Source of the DNA: an uncultured Verrucomicrobiae bacterium
GTDB lineage: Bacteria > Verrucomicrobiota > Verrucomicrobiia > Chthoniobacterales > Terrimicrobiaceae
Assembly (NCBI GenBank): GCA_963708595.1
Contig: CAVPTR010000045.1
Span: 6,875 to 70,874, forward strand
DNA length: 64,000 bases
Direction: 5' to 3'
Every line of letters begins with the position of its first letter. Positions within the stretch are counted from its first letter, which is position 1. This document shows, piece by piece, positions 1-8,571 of this stretch. The notes below the pieces were generated by a model that saw only the letters and a program-made list of their open reading frames with translations, had not been told where the DNA came from and made no database searches. Made by a program: the position numbers and the translations under genes.

Positions 1-491
1 TGCTTGGCGCAGGCATAGATCCAGCGATGATTCTTGACCGGGCCCATTATAAGGGGCGTTTCGTCCTCAACGAACGGCGTCGGATACTTCGAAGAATCCT
101 TGCCAAATGCCCGGGCGGAAGTGATGCCATAGACCTCGCATGTCGAAAATTGGACGATGCGCTTCTTGTGCTTCACGCAGAATTCAGCAATTTTAAGGTT
201 TTCCGAGAAGTTCAGCTTGAAGACATCAACAGGGTTGCTCACATACAGGCTCGGGTTCGCCATGGCGACGAGATCAACGACCAGATCATGCTCGGCCGTC
301 AGTCGTTCAAGTTCCCTTTCGTTGCCGCGAATGTCGAAATGGATGTAGTTGATCTCGCCGCTCTTAATGGTTTCATCAAGCTTCTCGCGTTCGATATCAA
401 GAGCCGTGATTTCGTGCTTGCCGTCGCGGACGAGGCCTTCGGCAAGATTCGCGCCAATGAATCCACCGGCACCTAGGAGAAGGATCTTCAT
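1..491 (-). CDS. NAD-dependent epimerase/dehydratase, ArnA C-terminal-domain-like (UDP-glucuronate decarboxylase type); C-terminal part runs off the window
   Basis: Own minus-strand translation from ATG at 489-491: MKILLLGAGGFIGANLAEGL...VQFSTCEVYGI...HRWIYACAK. It shows a Rossmann GxxGxxG motif and collinear resemblance to the E. coli ArnA decarboxylase domain. The gene is absent from the ORF track because it is truncated. The listed 27..476(+) ORF is its antisense shadow. Confidence 0.75.
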   Translation of the reverse strand, partial: MKILLLGAGGFIGANLAEGLVRDGKHEITALDIEREKLDETIKSGEINYIHFDIRGNERELERLTAEHDLVVDLVAMANPSLYVSNPVDVFKLNFSENLKIAEFCVKHKKRIVQFSTCEVYGITSARAFGKDSSKYPTPFVEDETPLIMGPVKNHRWIYACAK

Positions 492-542
492 GAAAAACTT
501 TCCATTTACGATCGAGTGGCCTCCGACGTCAACCGTTTTTCG

Positions 543-1295
543 CTAAAGTGATAAAGAGGAATTCCCTTTCTCTACTACGAGTTTTCGATAGCGACCACCC
601 AGATGTCGAGCCATCATTTTGAGGACATTCATCCCGTAGGGGATGGGGTCGAGACTTGAAACTTCGTCGTCATAGCGGGTCGGAATGGGGATTTGGGCGC
701 ATTCCATGCCAAGAAGGTGCGCAACAACGATCATTTCGGCGTCGAAGTTATAGTTGTTCTGAAGTTGCTCAAAGGGTGCGCGTTCGAGCAGCCTGCGAGA
801 GTAGAGCATATAGCCGCTGTGAAAATCGGCCATTTGCGTTCCGAAGACGATGTTCTCCAGGAACGTAAGAATACGGTTCGGGATGTATCGAACATACGGC
901 ATGCCGCCACGAAGCGCTCCACCACCGAGCATGCGCGAACCTTGGACGATTTGCGCTTTGTCCTCGAAGATCGGCTTCATGAGATCGAGGACGACTTCCG
1001 GAGCGTATTGACCGTCGGAATGCACGATCGCGAATACGCTCGCGCCCAGATCGAGCCCTCGCTTGAGACCGGTCTTTTGGGCTCCACCGTAGCCTCGATT
1101 GATCTCATGATGGACGACATCAAGCCCGGGCCATCGGTTCTTGAGAGTTTCCGCCACCTCACCAGTCTTGTCGGGACTCTTGTCATTGACAATGATGGCG
1201 ATCCCATTGTCCCAAAACGCCTCTGGAATGCGCGGAAGCACGGACGGCAACGTCTTTTCTGCGCGGTAGGAGGGGATCACAATGGCCTTCTTCAT
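543..1295 (-). CDS. Family 2 glycosyltransferase (ArnC / polyprenyl-phosphate sugar transferase-like)
   Basis: ORF 543..1418(-). The conserved part starts at MKKAIVIPSYRAEKTL...IIVNDKSPDKT...VHSDGQY (GT-A fold, DxD-like motifs). I place the start at the ATG at 1293-1295; upstream in-frame ATGs exist at 1349 and 1418. Confidence 0.8.
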   Translation of the reverse strand: MKKAIVIPSYRAEKTLPSVLPRIPEAFWDNGIAIIVNDKSPDKTGEVAETLKNRWPGLDVVHHEINRGYGGAQKTGLKRGLDLGASVFAIVHSDGQYAPEVVLDLMKPIFEDKAQIVQGSRMLGGGALRGGMPYVRYIPNRILTFLENIVFGTQMADFHSGYMLYSRRLLERAPFEQLQNNYNFDAEMIVVAHLLGMECAQIPIPTRYDDEVSSLDPIPYGMNVLKMMARHLGGRYRKLVVEKGNSSLSL

Positions 1296-1460
1296 CGGGG
1301 GTGATTCGCCATCAAACCGATGTTGCGGCTTCCGGGTCAAGGTAAACATCCGTGCTCGCCCGGCCGGAGTCGAAGAGCCAAAAGCGCTCTCCTTCGTTCT
1401 CGCCTCAAAACTTTTCATTGCCAGGATTCGTTGATAGGTTAGTTTTTTGCCCCTTTTCCC

Positions 1461-1682
1461 ATGCCAAAGCCAATCGCACGCAGCAAGACGCGAAAATCGG
1501 TTGCCAAACGCTTTAAGGTCACCGCCACCGGCAAGGTCTTACGGACACGTGCTGGCCGCCGGCATTTGCTCCAATGCAAATCGTCGAAACGCAAGCGCAA
1601 GCTCGCCAAGCCCGTCCTTGTGCACGACTCCGACGTCGCTCGCATCAAGGGCCAATCTGCCCTTTGTCTTAGGGGAAGCTGA
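1461..1682 (+). CDS. rpmI: 50S ribosomal protein L35
   Basis: MPKPIARSKTRKSVAKRFKVTATGKVLRTRAGRRHLL..KRKRKL is a classic L35, and it lies immediately upstream of rplT. The last ~10 residues (GQSALCLRGS) look atypical, so the 3' end is uncertain. Confidence 0.85.
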   Translation: MPKPIARSKTRKSVAKRFKVTATGKVLRTRAGRRHLLQCKSSKRKRKLAKPVLVHDSDVARIKGQSALCLRGS

Positions 1683-1795
1683 TCCGCCGGACTGCCTCGA
1701 GATTTCGAGGCTTACGGAACTGGTGAGTCCGCGGATCGCAAGAAACCAACAGCCAGCTCCACGGAGCCCCGCTCAACAATGGCGGGGGACATGAC

Positions 1796-2164
1796 ATGCC
1801 ACGTGCAACCAATTCGCCCGCGAGCCGCGCTCGCCGCAAACGGGTGATCAAAGCTTCAAAAGGCTACCGCGGCCGCCGTTCCAAGCTCTTCCGCTACGCG
1901 AAGGACGCCCAGATGAAGGCCAAATACTGGGCCTATCGCGATCGCAAGACTCGCAAGCGCACGTTCCGCTCGCTTTGGATTACGCGACTCAATGCAGCGG
2001 TCCGCGCAGAAGGCATCACCTACAGCCGCTTCGTTGAAGGTCTCAAGGCGGCCGGAATCACGCTCGACCGAAAGGTCCTCGCAGACCTTGCCATTCAGGA
2101 TGAAGCCGCTTTTAAGCAGATCGTCGGAAAAGCGAAAGCGGCCATCGGGGCAAAGGCCGCCTGA
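1796..2164 (+). CDS. rplT: 50S ribosomal protein L20
   Basis: [42 protein letters not shown]...[19 protein letters not shown] is a canonical L20, in the rpmI-rplT-pheST order. Confidence 0.95.
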   Translation: MPRATNSPASRARRKRVIKASKGYRGRRSKLFRYAKDAQMKAKYWAYRDRKTRKRTFRSLWITRLNAAVRAEGITYSRFVEGLKAAGITLDRKVLADLAIQDEAAFKQIVGKAKAAIGAKAA

Positions 2165-2237
2165 AAATTATCTGGCAGGGACGCCCTCTCTTGCGCTGCT
2201 TGCGCAGGAATTGACCGCCCCAGCGCCACTTTTTTCG

Positions 2238-3247
2238 ATGGAGTCCAGGATCGAATCGCTGCGGGCCGAAGCGGTCACTGCCATTGAGGCCGCCAGCGAT
2301 CCCAAATCGCTCGATGCAGCGCGGGTCCGATACCTCGGCAAGAGCGGGGAAATTACGCGCCTCAGCGAAGGCATGCGAGAGGTCGACAAGGAGGATCGGC
2401 CGCGGCTTGGAAAGCTGTTGAATCAGCTGCGACAGGACGTCTCGGATTCGCTGGAAGAAAAGGAAAGGAAGTCTGGAAGCTGCCGCGGATGCCAGCGCGT
2501 TTTCAACGATTGACGTCACGCTGCCGGGAACGCACCGCGAACTTGGCTCCATCCATCCGCTCACGCAGTTGCTCGACAAGGCGGTGAGGATTTTTCGCAG
2601 GCTCGGGTTCGCGCTGGCCGACGGACCGGACATTGAAACCGAATGGCATTGCTTTGATGCGCTCAACACGCCTCCGGATCACCCGGCGCGCAACGAGCTC
2701 GATACCTTTTATCTACCCGACGGGCGTTTGCTGAGAACGCATACGTCCACCGTGCAGGTCCGCGTGATGGAATCGCAAACGCCACCGGTGCGCGTCATTG
2801 CTCCGGGCGCCGCCTATCGGCGCGACGAGGTGGACGCCACCCATCTTGCCCAATTCACACAGATGGAAGGGCTCTTTGTGGATCGCGAAGTTTCGGTGGC
2901 CGACCTCAAAGGGACGCTCGAATTTTTCTTTCGTGAGTTATTCGGGCCCGAAACCAAAGTTCGGTTTCGTCCGCATTTTTTCCCGTTCACCGAACCGAGT
3001 TACGAAATCGACATTCGCACGGAAGCCCTCGGAGGCAACTGGATGGAGCTCGCCGGGTGCGGGATGGTCGATCCGGCCGTCTTTGAGCAGATCTGCAACA
3101 GGCGCGGCGACCGAGCCTTCGATCCGGACCTGGTCACTGGGATTTGCCTTTGGTTTCGGGCTCGACCGGCTTGCGATGAATCTCGCTCGAGTTCCGGACA
3201 TCCGCATGTTGGTGGAAAACGACCTCAGATTCCTGAAGCAATTTTGA
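2238..3247 (+). pseudogene. pheS: Phenylalanine--tRNA ligase alpha subunit; reading frame interrupted twice as assembled (probably sequence errors, since the gene is essential)
   Basis: Three collinear pieces in frames 0, 1 and 2: MESRIESLRAEAV...SLEEKERK / LEAAADASAFSTIDVTLPG...LLDKAVRIFRRLGF...[11 protein letters not shown]...DPDLVTG / [34 protein letters not shown]. The frame changes are near 2472 and 3142. 1010 nt minus 2 gives 336 codons. Confidence 0.9.
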
Positions 3248-3290
3248 CCAACCATGAGGATGAAGGATCACAGCCCGAGACGTCGAACCG

Positions 3291-5646
3291 ATGAACATCT
3301 CCCTCAACTGGCTTCGCGATTTCGTCGATTGGACTGGCTCCGCGTCGGAGTTGGACGAGCTGCTCACGCGCGCTGGAATCAAGGTGGAGAGCGTCACAAG
3401 AAAGGGAGGAGAGTTTCCGAAGGTCGTCGTCGCGCAGATCCTCGAATCCAGCCAGCATCCCAATGCGGACCGCTTGAGCGTGTGCCGGGTTGACGACGGC
3501 TCGGGCCAACCGCGCCAGATTGTTTGCGGCGCGAAGAACTACAAGCCTGGGGACAAGGCGCCGCTGGCACTCCCGGGGGCAGTGCTCCCGGGGGGCTTCA
3601 AGATCAAGGTCGGCAAACTGCGCGGGGTGGAAAGCGAGGGAATGCTGTGCAGCGCAAAAGAACTTGGAATCGCGGACGATGCGGAAGGTCTCCTGATCCT
3701 GCCGAAGGAGACGCCGGTTGGAAGACCACTTTCCGAGTTGTATCCAGCGGATGCAATTCTTGAATTGGAAATCACTCCAAATCGCCCCGATTGGCTCAGT
3801 CATGTCGGCTTGGCACGTGAAGTTGCCGCATTCTCTGGAGGAGGTCTTCGACTCGCTCCCGTCGATATGCCGCACATTGAGAACGCGCAGGAGCGATTGG
3901 TCTCTGTTCAAGCGCCGGCACTGTGTCCATTCTATTCTGTCCGCCGAATCCAAAACGTGAAGGTGGGGCCGAGTCCGCAGTGGCTTCGCGAGCGGCTGGC
4001 GGCGGTCGGCCTTCGATCGATCAACAATGTCGTGGACATTACGAACTACGTGATGTTGGAACTCGGCCAGCCTCTCCATGCTTTCGACGCGAGCACGCTA
4101 CACGGTGGGATCATCGTTCGGCCGGCACATGAGGGAGAGAAATTCCGCGCGCTGGATGGATGTGAATGCCTTCTGTCCACCGGGGATCTTGCAATTGCCG
4201 ACGCCGAAGGCCCTGTTGCCCTTGCCGGTGTCATGGGCGCGAGAAAGATCCGGTGTGACTGACGCGACCACTGAGGTTTTATTGGAGAGCGCCTTTTTCG
4301 AGCCGTCTTCGGTGCGGCGCTCGGCTCGCTTACACAATCTGCAGAGCGAATCGAGTTATCGATTCGAGCGGGGAGTGGACCCCCTGGGCGTGCTCATTGC
4401 GTCGGCCCGCGCCGCGCGCCTGATCGAAGAACTTGCCGGCGGCCAGGGCGACGAAGCGGTGATCGTGGCCGGGGCCCCGCCCTGCGCGCCGGATCCGGTT
4501 GAACTCCGTCTCTCGCGATGTCGTTCGCTTCTCGGTGCGGATGTCTCAGCAAATGAAGTCCGTGATGCGCTCCTGCGGCTGGGCCTCTCACCGGCGGCCG
4601 AGAACGAACACAGTGTGGAATGGAAGATTCCAAGCCATCGGCGCGATCTGTCCCGCGATGTGGATCTGATCGAGGAAGTAGCTCGCGTCATCGGAATTGA
4701 AAGGATTCCCAGCCGAATTGCGGCGGCGCCCGCTAAACCCGGCGAGGCGGATGACGTCTACGATTTTCAAGCGACTGTCCGTCAGCAGCTCTATGCCTTG
4801 GGCTTGAGCGAGGCTCGAACCAGTACGCTTGTCTCAGAGAGGATGCTGTGGCAGGATGGAACACCCCTCCGTTTGCGCAATCCCTTGGGTGAAGACCAGG
4901 CATTCCTGCGCACAAGCCTCCTTCCCGGCTTGATTTCGGCTTTGGAACGCAACATTCGGTATGGCGCGCGATCGGTCGGACTCTACGAAATCGGCCGGGT
5001 ATTTCACGCCGATTCATCCGAAGAGCAGGAAACGCTCGGGTTTTCGCTTTATGGAGAAATTGCCCCAAAAAGCTGGCGTGGGGATGCGGTGAGGGATTTC
5101 GACTGGCATGACGCGAAGGGGATCGTAGAGGCATTGGCACTAGTTCCCTTGGCGTACATCCGTAAGGAAGGAAGGTCTCAGCTAGCCTTGTTCGTCGAAC
5201 TCCTTGCGCAAGGTAAGCGCATCGGAATTCTGGGCCAATTGGCACCTGCCTTCGCTCGCATGCTCGGTGCCATCAAGCCGGTGCTCATCGGAGAAATCGC
5301 TCTCGAGATGCTTCGAACAATCCGGGGTCCTGCCGCGTTCCACGACATTCCTAAGTTCCCCGCGGTGGTGCGCGACATTGCCGTCGTATGTCCAATCGCC
5401 TTGCCCTACGGAAACATCGAAAGCGAGCTTTGGAATGCGAAGGAAGATTTCCTCGTGAGGATCGAACCGTTTGACCTTTATCTGGATCCGTCCGGAGAAA
5501 AATTGCCCGCCGATCGCAAATCGCTCGCGATCTCCTTGACATTCCGCGCGCAGGGGAGGACGCTAAGTAGCGAGGAAGTCAACGCTGCCTGCGGCCGCTT
5601 GAAGCAGCAGTTGAAAGCAAGGCTGGCAGTGGATTTCCGGGAATAG
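3291..5646 (+). pseudogene. pheT: Phenylalanine--tRNA ligase beta subunit; one frame change near 4240 as assembled
   Basis: ORFs 3291..4262 and 4078..5646 are collinear PheT: the tRNA-binding domain MNISLNWLRDFVDW..., B3/4 and B5 domains, and the C-terminal FDX-ACB domain. The join reads ...LAGVMG / ERSGVTDATTEVLLESAFF. Confidence 0.9.
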
Positions 5647-5877
5647 CTCTTTCGAAAATATTTTAGTTCGCCAACAGGCGAAACACCGATTTGCCCTGTG
5701 GTGTTCGCGATTGAACGACGCAAGCTCCCGAACTGATAAGTCAAAACGTCCCGGAGGCTTGGCCGGGAGGCGCAATGACATGCCTTCACTGGAAGTCAGC
5801 GCGCCTTGCGGCGGTCATCCACCCTTACTGAGGGAACGGGATATGCGTCGGAACGGCACTCGCGGGGCAAAGTTTCC

Positions 5878-5911
5878 AATGGCCTGCTTCGTTTGAAGCA
5901 GGCCATTTTTT
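5878..5911 (+). terminator. Rho-independent terminator-like hairpin
   Basis: aatggcctgcttc-gttt-gaagcaggccatt is a 13-bp perfect stem. It runs into a T6 tract at 5906-5911. It lies 232 nt after the pheT stop and 144 nt before the carA start. Confidence 0.75.
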
Positions 5912-6054
5912 CGTCCACCGGGCGCACGGCCATCCCAAGAAAGGATTGGCGAAGCGCTCCGCGTTGCACTGGTTCGGCAAGAACTCTCCAAAGATCCTTC
6001 GAGCGGACGATTTACCGTTGAGCCCGGTCCTGGAAGATCCCTATTGTATACAGG

Positions 6055-7226
6055 ATGGATGCAATACTTGCACTAGAGGATGGAACGATCTTTCGAGGGG
6101 TCGCTTTTGGCGCAGCTCAGACGCAAGCCGGCGAGATTTGTTTCAACACAGCGATGACCGGCTATCAAGAGGTGCTTACCGATCCCTCCTATCGTGGCCA
6201 GATCGTGGCCATGACGTATCCGCTCATCGGTAACTATGGTGTAAACCTCCTGGACGTCGAAAGCGCAGCGCCTCAAGTTCGCGGGTTCGTCATTGAAGAG
6301 CTCAGTCCCCTGGCAAGCAACTGGCGTTCGCAGGGAACCCTGCATGAGTTTCTTTTGAGACATGGAATCCCGGGCATTCAAGGCATCGATACCCGCGCCC
6401 TGACACGCCGGCTGCGAAAATCGGGCGCAATGCGTGCCTGCATCGCGATGGAGGATTTGAGCGATGAGAAAGCCGTTAGCCGTGCGAGGGCCGTTCCTTA
6501 TGAAGGGGTGGATTTCGTGCAAGAGGTGACGACCCGCTCCCCGTACGATTGGGACGTCGAGAACCGCGTGAGCCGAAAATGGATCCTCTCGCGGAGCGAT
6601 CCCGACACGGCCGATGACGAGGCAGGGAACTTTTTTGAAGAATTGCCTCCCGCCTCGCACCGGATCGTCGCGTACGATTTCGGACTCAAGAGGAACATCC
6701 TGCGCTCGCTGCGCCGAAATGGATTTGCCGTGAGAGTTGTCCCGGCGTCCATGCCGGCCGCCCAGGTTCTCGCGATGAATCCGGAGGGCGTCTTTCTTTC
6801 CAACGGGCCCGGGGATCCCGCCGCACTGAATTACGCCCACGAGGCAGTGAGAGAATTGATCGGAAAGCGGCCGCTTTTTGGCATATGTCTGGACACCAAA
6901 TTCTCGCGCTAGCCCTTGGCGGAAAGACGTTCAAATTGAAATTCGGCCACCGCGGCGCGAATCAGCCCGTCAAAGACCTTCGCACCGGAAAGGTGGCCAT
7001 TACTTCCCAGAACCACGGCTATGCCGTGGAACCCGATTCATTGCCGAAAGATCTCGAGGTGACACATATCAACCTCAACGACGGCACCGTCGCAGGGTTG
7101 CGACACCGGGAGCACGCAGCATTCAGCGTCCAATATCACCCTGAAGCCTCCCCAGGCCCCCACGATGCATCGTATTTTTTCGCTGAATTCGCCAAAGAGG
7201 TTGAGGCGGTGGAAAAAAAGTCCTAG
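6055..7226 (+). pseudogene. carA: Carbamoyl-phosphate synthase small (glutaminase) subunit; one deletion-type frame change near 6890
   Basis: ORFs 6055..6912 and 6885..7226. The join should read ...[20 protein letters not shown] (catalytic Cys motif). The window has tgtctggacaccaa where ctgggacac is expected. Confidence 0.9.
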
Positions 7227-7238
7227 AAAATCGCCGCG

Positions 7239-7739
7239 ATGCCCCAGCTCCAGATTTTCCTCGCCAAGGATAACCGAATCAACTTTGACCTTGGCGAAGA
7301 AAGGGTAACCATCGGGCGGCTCGCAAACAATAGTCTCCAAATCGACGAGCTGTCCGTCTCAGGCCATCATGCCGACATCTTTCTCAAGGCAGGCAGATAT
7401 CATCTCTACGATCCAGGCTCCACCAATGGAACGTTTGTCAACGGCGAGCAAGTCAAAGACGCCGTTCTTCGGAGTGGAGACGAAGTGCGCTTCGGAAGCG
7501 TTGAGGGCGTATTCGTGAGCGAGGAAGAGGCGGCGGCTCTCTCTCAACCGCGACCCGATTTTCTTGCAACTCCCCTTGAGGTCGCGACGTCAAGCGCGCG
7601 TCCGGAGAATTTCGTCAGCTCCTCGCCGTCACCAAAAAACATCACAATGCGAGACCCCTTTGCTGCGGCGCTTTACGGCTTGGCCGCTCTTGCTTTCTTG
7701 TCGTTTGGAGCAGCGGTGTTTTTCATAATCACGATGTGA
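7239..7739 (+). CDS. FHA domain protein with C-terminal transmembrane anchor
   Basis: VTIGRLANNSLQIDELSVSGHHADIF...YHLYDPGSTNGTFVNGEQV is the FHA signature. The hydrophobic tail is AAALYGLAALAFLSFGAAVFFII. Confidence 0.8.
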   Translation: MPQLQIFLAKDNRINFDLGEERVTIGRLANNSLQIDELSVSGHHADIFLKAGRYHLYDPGSTNGTFVNGEQVKDAVLRSGDEVRFGSVEGVFVSEEEAAALSQPRPDFLATPLEVATSSARPENFVSSSPSPKNITMRDPFAAALYGLAALAFLSFGAAVFFIITM

Positions 7740-7754
7740 GCGGCGCGGGATAGC

Positions 7755-8387
7755 CTACTGGCCCAACTCGACGTTCCAATAGGCGAGATCAAGAAAATGC
7801 CTCCAGCTATCGTGCTGATGACGCGAAAAGCTGATGTTTACGAATGGACGCCATTTGGGGCGCTTTGGCTTGCGGATAAGCTGAAGACCGGCCTCGTGCG
7901 GAAGCCTGTTGCCCTTCTTCGTATTACAGGGGATGCACGAACAGACGATGTTTTCCCAAGTCGTTTCACCTCCGCGATCTCTTGGAAGGACATGATCAAG
8001 ATTCAAGTCATTCCGCTCAAAGGCATTGCCGCAGTATTGGCAGGTATTCCTGTCGCGCTCGAAGACATTGTGCCTCGTGAACTTGACCTCTTTCTTTGGC
8101 AACCGCTCGAAAAGCAGCAACACGATGATTCGCGGTATGCGGATGCTTACCGAAATCGTGCGAACCATTTCGGGCTCGGGATTCGCCTGTGAAAAATCCT
8201 GCCAGCTCAGGAAATCGTGCGTCAGATAGTTATTTTGTCCATCCGTTGAAACCACCTGTGCGTTCCCCCGATAAAGGAGCGTGAAAGCTCGACGCACGGA
8301 GCATGTATTAACCGCCTGCCACAAGCGGTTAAGCACAAGAACGGGCTGCTCTAAGAGGGCTTCCATGTCGCATCTTTTCGCCTCCAC
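7755..8387 (-). CDS. HNH endonuclease family protein
   Basis: CQYCGNAF...LNLDHVLPRDRGGETTWENIVCSCIPCNTKKGNR is an HNH (Cys/His, H-N-H) motif. An alternative start at the ATG at 8366 (MEALLEQPVLVLN) is possible. Confidence 0.8.
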   Translation of the reverse strand: MEAKRCDMEALLEQPVLVLNRLWQAVNTCSVRRAFTLLYRGNAQVVSTDGQNNYLTHDFLSWQDFSQANPEPEMVRTISVSIRIPRIIVLLLFERLPKKEVKFTRHNVFERDRNTCQYCGNAFERNDLNLDHVLPRDRGGETTWENIVCSCIPCNTKKGNRLPHEAGLQLIRKPKRPKWRPFVNISFSRHQHDSWRHFLDLAYWNVELGQ

Positions 8388-8437
8388 ATAGTGCGGCCGA
8401 CGAAATTTGCGCGCAAACTAGCACCCGATTCTTGCCC

Positions 8438-8465
8438 TTGTCAACACTTGTGAACAATTTGTCAA
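8438..8465. promoter_or_regulatory. Three helically phased TTGT(C/G)AA repeats in a divergent promoter region
   Basis: TTGTCAA at 8438-8444, TTGTGAA at 8448-8454 and TTGTCAA at 8459-8465 (10- and 11-bp spacing). On the minus strand two copies read TTGACAA, which contains the -35 hexamer TTGACA; the middle copy reads TTCACAA. The repeats lie between the divergent HNH and TPR genes. Confidence 0.35.
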
Positions 8466-8571
8466 AAAGATGCAATGCGCTTATTACATGACACTTATGA
8501 TAAAGAGTTTTGCTTCTTTCGGATCTTGCATTCGACGGCAAAGTTCATGATATTAACCCTCCCTTAAATCA

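Noticed and set aside
1640-1795. A possible frame error at the 3' end of rpmI (atypical tail GQSALCLRGS, an ANLPFV string in the +1 frame, and a 113-nt gap before rplT).
   Set aside because: No single-base correction that I tried gives a normal L35 C-terminus followed by a stop. I therefore left the ORF as given and only lowered confidence in its 3' end.
5741-5772. A PyrR-binding-loop-like sequence (GUCCCGGAGGCUUGG) upstream of carA, suggesting pyrimidine attenuation together with the 5878-5911 terminator.
   Set aside because: It is two nucleotides shorter than the UCCAGAGAGGCU core and lacks the AGAG. The terminator is 144 nt from carA, which is far for an attenuator. I have no evidence that this lineage has PyrR. 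It survives only as part of the general 'structured region' finding.
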